Part shown: positions 30,478 through 40,033 of the stretch, piece after piece
Position numbering within the stretch: position 1 is the stretch's first letter
Layout: each line of letters starts with the position of its first letter
NCBI GenBank assembly: GCA_964632155.1
Contig: CAZWBH010000006.1
Span: 7,558 to 71,557, forward strand
Length of the DNA stretch: 64,000 nt
Origin: an uncultured Mailhella sp.
GTDB taxonomy: Bacteria; Desulfobacterota; Desulfovibrionia; Desulfovibrionales; Desulfovibrionaceae
Direction: 5' to 3'
Translations under genes and position numbers: made by a program
Notes under the pieces: generated by a model
The model's database searches: none
The model's input: only the letters and a program-made list of their open reading frames with translations
Told to the model about the DNA's origin: nothing

Positions 30478-31860
30478 ATGGAATCGCCCGTTTTTTCTTT
30501 TCGATTAAAGAGCATTATTGCCGCGTTGTGGATGGGCAATCTTCTTGCCCCTTTGCTTCTCAGCGGCGTTGCCGCCATGCTCCCCGCCATTGGCGCGAGT
30601 TTTGGCGCTTCCGCTGTTGAGCTTTCTTTAGTCATGGTCTGTTACAACCTGGGACAGACAAACGCGCAACTCCTCAGCGGACGCATATGCGGCATACGCG
30701 GCACAAAGCGTTTTTTGCTTGATTCCATGCTTATGTTTGCCGCGTTCGGCTGTTTTCTGGCAAGATCCGCATATATGTCTGTGGTCATAGGTATGCGCCT
30801 TGCCCAGGGCCTTTCTGCGGGGAGTATTTCCTGTTGTGTTACGGCGCTCAGTTTTACCGTGGCCCCGCAAGAGCATCGGGGCAAGGTCATTGCCATTGTA
30901 CTCACCGCCGTCTACCTTGGTTTGACTGTGGGGCCGTTTCTCTGCGGCGGGTTTACGGAACTTTTTAACTGGCGCGTTGTTTTTTTGCTCATCTCCGTAC
31001 TCGCCTGTGTGACGTTCTTTCTTCTCCGAAGCGGTCTTCCTGAAGATAAGCCTTCACTTGGTGCGCGCTTTGATGTGCCTGGGGCCATCCTTCTGTTCCT
31101 AGGGCTTTCATGTATGACCTTTGGCGCCACTTGTAGCTTTCTGCATCCGGCTGTTGCCGGATTTGTTCCAGTTGGGTTTGTTCTCCTTGGACTTTTTTTG
31201 CGAAGAGACTGGCGTTCCCCGCAACCTTTGCTCGAGCTTGCCCTGTTCAGCAAGATCCGTGGCGTTTCCTCCGGGCTTCTCGCCATTTTTGTGAATTACG
31301 GCTCCTTCATGGGGCTGGCGCTCTTCTTTTCCTTGTATCTTCAGCAGATTTTGGGGTTCAGCGCCTTTGAGGCCGGCATGGTTCTGATGTTGCAGAGCGC
31401 GGCGCAACTTCTGCTTTCCGTGCCCGCAGGTGGATGGTCCGATCGTTTTGGCGCGGCAAGGGTGTCTTCCTGGGGGCTTGCCATTACGACCCTTGGGCTT
31501 TTGGAGCTTCTCCTTTTGGATGAACAAAGTTCCTTGGCCGCGGTCTGCCTCTGCGAACTGCTCTTAGGCGGCGGCTCCGGCGTTTTTGCCGCGCCCAGCA
31601 TGGCGGCCACACTGGAACGGGTTCCCGCTCCACATCTTCCGGTGGCTTCGGGGCTTGTGGGTTGTATGCGTACCTTGGGTGGGCTTATGAGTCACATCAC
31701 CCTTTCCTTTGTGCTGGGCTTTTTTATGGGGAACGCCGCTGTTTCTCCGGAGACCGCCGATTCTTTCCTCACGGCCATGCGAGTGGCGTTTGCCTTTTTT
31801 ATCTTTTTGAACCTTCTGGGCCTTGTGACCATGCTCCGCGCGGCGCGCCATGCAGGATAG
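30478..31860 (+). CDS. MFS transporter
   Basis: 460 aa with about 12-14 hydrophobic segments and an MFS-like loop G.RxG.KR (GRICGIRGTKR). Confidence 0.75.
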   Translation: MESPVFSFRLKSIIAALWMGNLLAPLLLSGVAAMLPAIGASFGASAVELSLVMVCYNLGQTNAQLLSGRICGIRGTKRFLLDSMLMFAAFGCFLARSAYMSVVIGMRLAQGLSAGSISCCVTALSFTVAPQEHRGKVIAIVLTAVYLGLTVGPFLCGGFTELFNWRVVFLLISVLACVTFFLLRSGLPEDKPSLGARFDVPGAILLFLGLSCMTFGATCSFLHPAVAGFVPVGFVLLGLFLRRDWRSPQPLLELALFSKIRGVSSGLLAIFVNYGSFMGLALFFSLYLQQILGFSAFEAGMVLMLQSAAQLLLSVPAGGWSDRFGAARVSSWGLAITTLGLLELLLLDEQSSLAAVCLCELLLGGGSGVFAAPSMAATLERVPAPHLPVASGLVGCMRTLGGLMSHITLSFVLGFFMGNAAVSPETADSFLTAMRVAFAFFIFLNLLGLVTMLRAARHAG

Positions 31861-31905
31861 GACGTAGTGAAAGCATCCTTTGGAAAAACGGAGACTTGGA
31901 CGTTT

Positions 31906-32595
31906 TCAGCCGTTTTTGGCGCGGCGCAGGACTTCTTCATTGAGAATGGCGATGGCGCCGTGCTTCAGGGCAATGGCGCCCTCCTTGGCGAAGGCACCGA
32001 GCTGACGGCTCAGGCTTTCCCGCGTAAGGCCAAGCAGACCAGCGAGCATCTCCCGCGTGATGTCGTCTTTAATTTCCCCGCTTCCCTCCATGCGGGCCTT
32101 GTGCAGGAGCCAGCCAGCCACCCTGCGACGCGTGGAAATCTTGCCATGAGAGACGGAAATCTTGTTGATGTACATGCGTTGACGCATGGCCAGGGCGCGC
32201 ATGAGGCAAAGGGCAAAATTTCCGTTCCGCGTGGAAAGGGCGAGAAGAGCGCGCGATTCCATGCGCAGGACAAGACAGTCCTCCAGTGCGCGCACATCCA
32301 TGGGGAAGGGGCCGCTGTGAAAGAGCGTGCCAAGTTCAATGAAGTGCCCGGCGTTGAGTACATGGAGTACGATATCCCGTCCGGGAAGCGAACCCTTGAG
32401 TAAGGCGACCGTGCCCGAAAGGAGCCAGTCCGTGCGGGCAAGAACAGACCCCTCCCGCGCGATACATTCCCCTTTGTAAAAGCGGCAGAGGGACGAGGCG
32501 GAAAGAAGCTCGCGAACTTCCTCCATGGAAAGTTCTGGGAAGACCATGGTAAGTTCTTTCCGGAGTTTTTCTGCATCCTCCATGCGCTTCCTCAC
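31906..32595 (-). CDS. Crp/Fnr-family transcriptional regulator
   Basis: A cNMP-binding-like N-domain and a C-terminal HTH (TREMLAGLLGLTRESLSRQLGAFAKEG). There is no N-terminal Cys cluster. Confidence 0.8.
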   Translation of the reverse strand: MRKRMEDAEKLRKELTMVFPELSMEEVRELLSASSLCRFYKGECIAREGSVLARTDWLLSGTVALLKGSLPGRDIVLHVLNAGHFIELGTLFHSGPFPMDVRALEDCLVLRMESRALLALSTRNGNFALCLMRALAMRQRMYINKISVSHGKISTRRRVAGWLLHKARMEGSGEIKDDITREMLAGLLGLTRESLSRQLGAFAKEGAIALKHGAIAILNEEVLRRAKNG

Positions 32596-33051
32596 CTACC
32601 TGAAAACGCGTTTGGTTCGTCCGTTCTCTTTTCTTGACATTACGCCGCGATGCGCACATAAGGGAAAGAACGGGGAGTGTTGATGCACCTCTGACAGTGG
32701 GGCAAGATCCCGAGATTTTCAACTTCCGCTGAAAGCTCAAAAGGATGCCCCGATGAGAGACGCATACTCTCTCCGGGGCATACGTATTCAATCAGGCAAA
32801 CGTCCGATTATATCCGTCGTAGGTCGACCAGTGGGCTGGTCATGCCGGAGAAAGCACGGCACAGGCAATCAGTCTTCCGCAATCGCCGAACGGTGATGCG
32901 AGCAAGGAGCGGAAGAAGGCGGTGCATACACTCGAAGAAACTCTACGCGCTGATTTCTCCAAACGCAAGCTCCGGCTTCAGGAGTACCTTTTCCCAGGCG
33001 TCGGAGAGCGACACTGAAAGGAAGAGTTTTTCAATCCAAAAAGGAGTAGTC

Positions 33052-33525
33052 ATGAGCAAAGAATACGACCCACGTATGCATACTGCGGAACATACCCTGA
33101 GCGGCGTGCTTATCCGCCGTTACGGTTGCCCTCGTTGTTTTTCCACGCATATCAACGCCGGAAAGTCCAAGGTAGACTTCTGCTTTCCCCATGATCTCAG
33201 CCCTGAGGAGGTGACTTCCATAACCGAGGAAGTGAACGCCATCTTCGCCCGGGATCTGCCGGTGACGGCCCTCAACATGCCTCGCGAGGAAGCCGCGCGG
33301 CGCTACAGCCTTTCCCGTCTTCCGGAAAGCGCTGGAGACACCTTGCGCATTGTTTTTATAGGCGACCCGGAAAAGCCGGAGACCGTGGTGGATTCCTGCC
33401 CCTGCATTGGCGAACATGTGGGCCACACCGCAGAATGCGGGAAATTTGTGTGGGTTTCCCACGAGTGGAAGCCGGAGGGCGTTTTGCGTATACGCTTCAA
33501 ACTTGCGCCGAAGGAAAGCGGCTGA
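33052..33525 (+). CDS. AlaX-S-like Ala/Thr-tRNA editing domain protein
   Basis: MHTAEHTL (HxxxH) and CPCIGEHV (CxxxH) are the zinc motifs of the tRNA-synthetase second additional domain. GGAG RBS upstream. The 70-codon extension in the track looks spurious. Confidence 0.75.
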   Translation: MSKEYDPRMHTAEHTLSGVLIRRYGCPRCFSTHINAGKSKVDFCFPHDLSPEEVTSITEEVNAIFARDLPVTALNMPREEAARRYSLSRLPESAGDTLRIVFIGDPEKPETVVDSCPCIGEHVGHTAECGKFVWVSHEWKPEGVLRIRFKLAPKESG

Positions 33526-33586
33526 TATACAGACAGGCGCTTATCGTTCCCATCCGCGCCCAAGTACCGGACGCACATCGACAGGT

Positions 33587-33811
33587 TTATTCCGCCGTCA
33601 ATTCGGCCATGTGAACGCTAAAGGGAATATCGACAAAATTTGCGGCGAAAGCGACAGCGCCGTCTGCGGAAAACAGTTTTTGCCATACCTTTCGGAATGT
33701 CTCGTTACGGAATTTTGGCAAGGGCTTTAGTGAAAGCAATCCGCGCATTATGTTCCAATTCGCGACACAGTGTGTAGCGAATTGAGCTGGTCGCACTATC
33801 GGCTTCCATGC
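33587..33811 (-). pseudogene. Unidentified frame-broken ORF remnant at the left edge of the R-M insert
   Basis: Two minus-strand frames join across a single-nt shift near 33708-33718. One reads MEADSATSSIRYTLCRELEHNARIAFTKALAKIP*. The other reads PKFRNETFRKVWQKLFSADGAVAFAANFVDIPFSVHMAELTAE*. I recognise no family. Confidence 0.25.
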
Positions 33812-33947
33812 GTATAAGCAATGAAGTGGAAAAGAACGTATTACACGCGGGAGGCCGCAAAAGCCCCTTGAAAGTATATGCCTTATTTGCCTGCCGAGGA
33901 AGAACTGAAGCGTGAACTGAACCTTGCGGACTTTGAAAAACTGGAGA

Positions 33948-35885
33948 ATGACTGTGGATAAACTCAATATGCGCACTCCCAACCTGGCGGACGAGAATTT
34001 TCAAAAACTCCGCGCCCTTTTTCCCAACGCCGTGGCGGAAGCGGTCAATGAAAAGGGCGATCTTGTGCGCGCCATAGACGCCGATGCGCTACGGCAGGAA
34101 ATTTCTGCCGCCGTAATGGAGGGTAGTCAGGAACGCTACCAGTTCACTTGGCCGGATAAGAAAAAATCCGTGGCGTTGGCTAATCAGCCCATAGCCAAAA
34201 CCCTGCGTCTGGAAAGAGAGAAATCCGCGGGCCGCGACGGAACTCCGGGCGGCATGGACAGCGAAAATATCTACATTGAAGGCGATAACTTAGATGCCCT
34301 CAAGCTCTTGCAGGAAACCTATCTGGGCAAGGTCAAGATGATCTACATTGACCCGCCCTACAATACCGGCAACGACTTTATTTATAAGGACAATTTTTTC
34401 CAAAAGAGCGCCGACTACTTGGCGGGTAGCGGTCAGTATGACGAAGAGGGTAAGCGCCTAGTACAGAATACCGAGAGCAATGGGCGTTTTCACACCGACT
34501 GGTTGAATATGCTCTACCCCCGCCTGCGCCTGGCCAGAGATTTGCTGAGCGAGGACGGCGTGATCTTCATCAGCATTGATGACAATGAACAGGCAAATTT
34601 GAAGAAGGTTTGCGATGAAGTGTTTGGAGAAGATAATTTTATCGGAATATGGAATTGGTATAAAAGCGCTACACCTCCCAATCTATCGAAAAAGATAAAA
34701 AAAAATATAGAGTACATCCTTTGTTATGAGAAAAGAAAAAATTCACTAAGATATTCAGGAATAAAAAAAACAAGCAGTAGTTCTAATGGGTTAATGAACC
34801 AAACCAATTCTTTTCACACGTTGGTTTTTCCTGCTAATTGTGTGACAACAGGGCTAGCAAACGGAACATATAAAGCAGGAAATTATGGCACAAAAAGTTA
34901 TGAGATAAATCTTTTAAAAGACACTGTAGTTAAAGAAGGTATATTTATAAATGAAGTTGTATTAGAAGGTAAATTTAAATGGGGACAAGAAAATTTAGAC
35001 AATGAATTAAAAAATGGTACAATAATTTCGATTCGTACTGAAACTTTTTCTCCAAGTTATGATAAAATAGAATACGAACCTGAAGTTCCGCCAAACTTTA
35101 TTGACAAAAGTGTCAATGTTGATACAACAGAACAGGCTGGTAAATTGCTTGATGAATTATTTCAGGGCAAGCATTGTTTTGATTATCCAAAACCTGTAGA
35201 CCTAATAAAATATCTAATCAATTTTATTAATTGTAATGGTTCCCTCATCCTTGACTTCTTTTCCGGATCCGCTACTACGGCCCATGCCGTCATGCAACTG
35301 AACGCGGAAGACGGCGGCAAGCGCAAGTTCATCCTGATGCAACTGCCCGAACCTTGCGACGAAGAGAGCGAAGCCTTCAAGGCAGGCTATAAAAATATCT
35401 GCGAAATCGGCGAGGAGCGCATACGCCGCGCGGGCAAGAAAATCCGCGAAAATTCTCCGCTCATTACGGACAGCCTGGACATCGGCTTCCGCGTTTTCCG
35501 CGTGGACTCCAGCAACATGAAGGACGTTTTCTATAAGCCCGCCGACTATAAACAGGAACAGCTGGAACTCTTTGCCGACAACATTAAGCCGGACAGAACG
35601 CCGGAAGATCTGCTTTTTCAGGTGATGTTGGATCTTGGCGTCCTGCTCTCCTCCAGCATAGAAGAACTGGAACTGGGCGGCAAAAAGGTCTTCTCCGTGG
35701 CGGACGGCTATCTTCTTGCTTGCTTTGATGCCAACGTTTCCGAAGAGGTTGTGATCGAAATGGCCAAAAAGAACCCCTTCTACGCCGTGTTCCGCGACAG
35801 CTCCATGGCTACGGACAGCGTGGCCGTCAATATTGATCAGATTTTTGCCGTGTATAGCCCTAACACGCAAAGGAAGGTTCTGTAG
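33948..35885 (+). CDS. mod: Type III R-M DNA methyltransferase (Mod), beta-class N6-adenine MTase
   Basis: N-terminus (M)DKLNMRTPNLADENFQKLRALFPN. Motif IV IDPPYNTGNDF comes before motif I LDFFSGSATTAHA, with a variable region between them. The stop overlaps the res start. The start could be ATG 33948 or GTG 33954. Confidence 0.9.
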   Translation: MTVDKLNMRTPNLADENFQKLRALFPNAVAEAVNEKGDLVRAIDADALRQEISAAVMEGSQERYQFTWPDKKKSVALANQPIAKTLRLEREKSAGRDGTPGGMDSENIYIEGDNLDALKLLQETYLGKVKMIYIDPPYNTGNDFIYKDNFFQKSADYLAGSGQYDEEGKRLVQNTESNGRFHTDWLNMLYPRLRLARDLLSEDGVIFISIDDNEQANLKKVCDEVFGEDNFIGIWNWYKSATPPNLSKKIKKNIEYILCYEKRKNSLRYSGIKKTSSSSNGLMNQTNSFHTLVFPANCVTTGLANGTYKAGNYGTKSYEINLLKDTVVKEGIFINEVVLEGKFKWGQENLDNELKNGTIISIRTETFSPSYDKIEYEPEVPPNFIDKSVNVDTTEQAGKLLDELFQGKHCFDYPKPVDLIKYLINFINCNGSLILDFFSGSATTAHAVMQLNAEDGGKRKFILMQLPEPCDEESEAFKAGYKNICEIGEERIRRAGKKIRENSPLITDSLDIGFRVFRVDSSNMKDVFYKPADYKQEQLELFADNIKPDRTPEDLLFQVMLDLGVLLSSSIEELELGGKKVFSVADGYLLACFDANVSEEVVIEMAKKNPFYAVFRDSSMATDSVAVNIDQIFAVYSPNTQRKVL

Positions 35886-38800
35886 TGTCGGAAATGAAAT
35901 TCAAATTTACCGAACAGGACTACCAGACCGAAGCGGTGGAGAGCGTGGTTGATGTTTTTACCGGGCAGCCCTTCAATAGTCGTTTCACCTACCGCCGCGA
36001 TGCAAACATTTCGCGCGACATCATCAACTTTGATACCCCCGATGAAGAACTGTACATAGGTTTTGCCAACGCCTGCGTGGAGCTGGAACCTTCCCAAATT
36101 CTCAAAAATATCCGTGCGGTGCAGACCAGAAACAATATCAGGCTTTCGGATTCCCTGATCGGCGACCTTGGCGTCTGCTCCCTGGATGTGGAAATGGAGA
36201 CTGGCACGGGCAAGACCTATGTGTACATCAAAACCATGTTTGAGTTGAACAGGCGCTACGGCTGGAGCAAGTTCATCGTGGTCGTGCCCGGCATTGCCAT
36301 CCGCGAGGGCGTACACAAGAGTTTTGATACCATGCAGGATCACTTCATGGAGAAGTACGGCAAAAAAGCACGCTTCTTTGTGTACGATTCCAAAAAGTTG
36401 GCCGAGATCGATGCCTTCAGCCAGAGCGCGGATATCAACGTGATGATCATCAATATCCAGGCCTTCAACGCTAATTTTGAAGAGAGCAGGAAAACCGTTG
36501 CTTCCAAAATTATCCATGAAGAGCGCGACAGTTTTGGTAGCAGAAGGCCCATGGACGTCTTGGCGGCAAACCGGCCCATCATCCTTTTGGACGAACCGCA
36601 AAAAATGGGCGGGCAGGCCACGCAGACGGGGCTGAAAAAGTTCAACCCTTTGTTCTGTCTCAACTATTCCGCCACTCATAAGACGCGCCATAACCTCGTC
36701 TATGTGCTGGACGCCCTGGACGCCTACAACAAAAAGCTCGTCAAGCGCATCGAGGTCAAGGGCTTTGACATCCGCAACCTGGGCGGCGCCAACCGCTACC
36801 TCTTTTTGGAGCGAATCGTCCTTTCGCCCAATCATCCCCCCAAGGCGCGACTGGAGTTTGAAATTGGCCCGGCGCCCATACGACGCGTCACCCGTCTTGT
36901 GGGTAGGGACGATGATCTCTTTGATCTCTCCAACCATCTGGAGCAGTACCGGGGCTTCGGGGTGAGCGACATTGACCCCATGGACGGAAGCCTCTCTTTT
37001 ACCAACGGGCAAACACTTTGCGTGGGCGAGGTAACGGGCAACAATATTGAAGCAACCCTGCGCCGCGTACAAATCCAGGAAACCATACGTTCCCATTTTG
37101 AAAAGGAAAAGGAGCTTTTTGCAAAGGGCATCAAGGTACTCTCCCTCTTCTTCATTGATGCGGTGGCCAAATATCGGCAGTACGACGCCGAGGGCAACGA
37201 AGTCAACGGAGAGTACGGCCAGTTTTTTGAAGAGGAGTACTGTGCCGTCTTGAACGACTACCTCCGCGACCTCCCGCTGAACGCGGAGTACGCTACGTAC
37301 TTGCGCGGCATCACGGCGCAAAGCACGCACGCCGGTTACTTCAGCATCGACAAAAAAGGCCGCAAGGTAGACAGCGCCATCAAGCGCGGCAGTGAAGAAA
37401 GCGACGATATTTCGGCCTACGACTTGATTTTAAAAGACAAGGAGCGGTTGCTTTCCCTGGAGAATCCGGTGCGCTTCATCTTTTCGCACTCGGCTCTGCG
37501 CGAGGGCTGGGACAACCCCAACGTCTTCCAAATTTGCACCCTGAAGCACGGCGGCGCTTCCACCACGCAAAAGCGACAGGAAGTGGGGCGCGGTCTGCGC
37601 CTTTGCGTCAACCAGAGCGGCGACCGCATGGACAGAAACGCCCTTGGCGACCAGGTGCAGAAGCTCAATCAGCTCACCGTCATTGCCAGCGACGGCTACA
37701 AGGATTTTGTGGCGAACCTACAGGCGGAAATCCGCGACGTTCTTTACGAGCGCCCGTTTCGCGCTTCTAAGGAATACTTTGCGGGCAAAACCGTGCTCAG
37801 GAGTAATGACGGCGGTACGGCGAGGGTTTCCGAGGAGCAGGCTCGGCACATGTACCAGTACCTTGTCAAAAACAACTATATCGACGAGAACGATCGCGTT
37901 ACCGACCAATACCGCGTCGCCCTGGAAAACGGCGCTTTGGAACCCGTTCCGCCAAGTTGCTCAGAAATTGCCGAAGGGCTTCATAACCTTGTACAGAGTA
38001 TCTTTGATGAGCGCGCTTTGGATGCCATGATTGAAGACGGTCGCAAGACCAAAATTCAGAAAAACCCTCTGAACGAAAAGTTTTACAAAAAAGAATTCCA
38101 GGAACTCTGGCAACTCATCAGTGGCAAGTATGCCTATACGGTGAGTTTTGACAGCGAGGAACTCATCAAAAAGGCCATAGCGTATCTGAACAAAAACATG
38201 TTTGTGACAGAGCTGCAATACACTGTTACCAGCGGCGAACAGCGCGAGAAGTGGGATGCTGAAACCTTGAAGAGCGGCGCCGGCTTTGGCGAGGAGAAGA
38301 GCGCAACCCGTGCGCTGGAGCGCGAGGACAGCAATGTCAAATACGATCTGGTGGGCAAAATCGCGGAAGGTGCAAAGCTCATTAGGCGGACGGCGGCACG
38401 CATACTGGCGGGAATACACCCCTCTACCTTTGATAAGTTCCGGCAGAATCCGGAGGAATTCATCGCTAGGGCCATACGCCTTATCAACGAACAAAAGGCA
38501 AGCACGGTGGTGGAATGCATTACCTATAATCGCATAGAAGACAGCTACGACAGTGCCATCTTCACCGAGGAATGGAGCGGCGATTTCTCACGAGCATACA
38601 AGGCAAAGAAAAATGTGCAACCCTATGTGCTTACGGACAGCAACACGGAAAAAGCCTTTGCCAAAGACATGGACGCCGCAAGCGAGGTCTGCGTCTACGC
38701 CAAACTGCCCAGGGGCTTTGCCATTCCCACGCCCCTTGGCCATTACTCGCCGGACTGGGCCATTGCTTTCAACAAGAGCATGGTGAAACATATCTTCTTC

Positions 38801-38959
38801 ATTGCCGAAACCAAGGGCAGTATGGAATCGCTTTCTTTGCGCGCTGTGGAGCAGGCAAAAATCAAGTGCGCAAAGAAGCTTTTTGGCAAACTTTCCACAA
38901 AAAACCTCAAGTACGGCGTGGTAAACAGCTACGCGGAACTCATGAATATTTTGAAGTGA
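35885..38959 (+). CDS. res: Type III restriction enzyme Res subunit (SF2 helicase plus PD-(D/E)xK nuclease)
   Basis: MKFKFTEQDYQTEAVESVVDVF, Walker A METGTGKT, motif II LLDEPQKM, SATH, and a C-terminal YSPDWAI...FFIAETKG nuclease motif. Confidence 0.9.
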   Translation: MSEMKFKFTEQDYQTEAVESVVDVFTGQPFNSRFTYRRDANISRDIINFDTPDEELYIGFANACVELEPSQILKNIRAVQTRNNIRLSDSLIGDLGVCSLDVEMETGTGKTYVYIKTMFELNRRYGWSKFIVVVPGIAIREGVHKSFDTMQDHFMEKYGKKARFFVYDSKKLAEIDAFSQSADINVMIINIQAFNANFEESRKTVASKIIHEERDSFGSRRPMDVLAANRPIILLDEPQKMGGQATQTGLKKFNPLFCLNYSATHKTRHNLVYVLDALDAYNKKLVKRIEVKGFDIRNLGGANRYLFLERIVLSPNHPPKARLEFEIGPAPIRRVTRLVGRDDDLFDLSNHLEQYRGFGVSDIDPMDGSLSFTNGQTLCVGEVTGNNIEATLRRVQIQETIRSHFEKEKELFAKGIKVLSLFFIDAVAKYRQYDAEGNEVNGEYGQFFEEEYCAVLNDYLRDLPLNAEYATYLRGITAQSTHAGYFSIDKKGRKVDSAIKRGSEESDDISAYDLILKDKERLLSLENPVRFIFSHSALREGWDNPNVFQICTLKHGGASTTQKRQEVGRGLRLCVNQSGDRMDRNALGDQVQKLNQLTVIASDGYKDFVANLQAEIRDVLYERPFRASKEYFAGKTVLRSNDGGTARVSEEQARHMYQYLVKNNYIDENDRVTDQYRVALENGALEPVPPSCSEIAEGLHNLVQSIFDERALDAMIEDGRKTKIQKNPLNEKFYKKEFQELWQLISGKYAYTVSFDSEELIKKAIAYLNKNMFVTELQYTVTSGEQREKWDAETLKSGAGFGEEKSATRALEREDSNVKYDLVGKIAEGAKLIRRTAARILAGIHPSTFDKFRQNPEEFIARAIRLINEQKASTVVECITYNRIEDSYDSAIFTEEWSGDFSRAYKAKKNVQPYVLTDSNTEKAFAKDMDAASEVCVYAKLPRGFAIPTPLGHYSPDWAIAFNKSMVKHIFFIAETKGSMESLSLRAVEQAKIKCAKKLFGKLSTKNLKYGVVNSYAELMNILK

Positions 38960-39064
38960 CACGATTGCGTGCGATCTTTCCCCTGGAGATGTGGGGTGAC
39001 AAAGCGGATTTTTCCGCCTAGTATCCTTTTTCTGTCGCCAATAAGGCGACATAGGGAGGAATTC

Positions 39065-39934
39065 ATGCAGAGGGCGCCCTTTCTCCGGGTTGTGGCCATA
39101 CACGATCTTTCCTGTTTTGGTCGGGCATCTCTCACCGTTGCCATTCCCGTGCTGGCTACCATGGGCATACAGGTCTGTCCGTTGCCCACGGCCGTGCTTT
39201 CTTCGCAGACTTCCGGCATGGAAGGCTTTACCTTTCTGGATCTCACTGATCAGATGAGTCCCATCATGGATCATTGGGCCGTGCTTGGCTTGCGCTTTGA
39301 CGCCGTGTACTCCGGATTTTTAGGGAGTCCTTTGCAGTCTGGACTGGCGGGTCGTTGCATTCGTGAATTTCGTAAACCAGGCGGTCTTGCTGTGGTAGAC
39401 CCGGTGCTTGGCGACAATGGACACCTCGACCCCACACAGACTCCGGAAATGGTGGAAGCTATGAGAGTGTTAGCTTCTCAGGCAGACATCATCACGCCCA
39501 ATCTTACGGAAGCGGCCTTTCTCCTAGGTGAAAAATTTCGCCCGGACATCAGCCCGAGCGGCTTGAAGGAGCAGCTCCTTGCTCTCTCGGCCTTGGGGCC
39601 TTCGGCGGTGGTCATTACCAGCGCCCCTTCCGTGGTTCGGGGCAATACCTCCACCGTGGCTTATGACGGGTCTCACTTTTGGAAGGTGGATATCCCCTAT
39701 ATGAATGCCTTTTACCCTGGCACGGGGGACGCCTTTGCCAGTGTACTCACGGGGAGCCTCATGCAGGGAGACAGTCTTCCTGTGGCTGTGGATCGCGCCG
39801 CACATTTTGTCTTCCTGGGGATACAGACAAGCTTCGGTTACAGCGACCTGCCCCAGCGCAACGGAGTTCTTTTGGAGCGGACGTTGCCCTCTCTGCGTCT
39901 GCCCTTCCTGGGCGGTTCATACTGTGAATTTTAG
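39065..39934 (+). CDS. pdxK: Pyridoxal/pyridoxamine kinase (PdxK/PdxY family)
   Basis: VVAIHDLSCFGRASL...VDPVLGDNGHL...GTGDAFASV is a ribokinase-fold pyridoxal kinase pattern. GGGAGG RBS upstream. Confidence 0.8.
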   Translation: MQRAPFLRVVAIHDLSCFGRASLTVAIPVLATMGIQVCPLPTAVLSSQTSGMEGFTFLDLTDQMSPIMDHWAVLGLRFDAVYSGFLGSPLQSGLAGRCIREFRKPGGLAVVDPVLGDNGHLDPTQTPEMVEAMRVLASQADIITPNLTEAAFLLGEKFRPDISPSGLKEQLLALSALGPSAVVITSAPSVVRGNTSTVAYDGSHFWKVDIPYMNAFYPGTGDAFASVLTGSLMQGDSLPVAVDRAAHFVFLGIQTSFGYSDLPQRNGVLLERTLPSLRLPFLGGSYCEF

Positions 39935-40033
39935 GCGAAGCTTCAAAGTTTGAAGAAAGGCCTGATTCGACTTCAGGATCAAGACGAGCGAGTGTTTTTG
40001 GAAAAGTAACGGGCGCCAGGGAAGGGGAGACTT

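Noticed and set aside
35837-37330. 497-aa minus-strand ORF inside res
   Set aside because: It is antisense to the res helicase domain, which has Walker A/B motifs. It has no motif and the same artefact composition.
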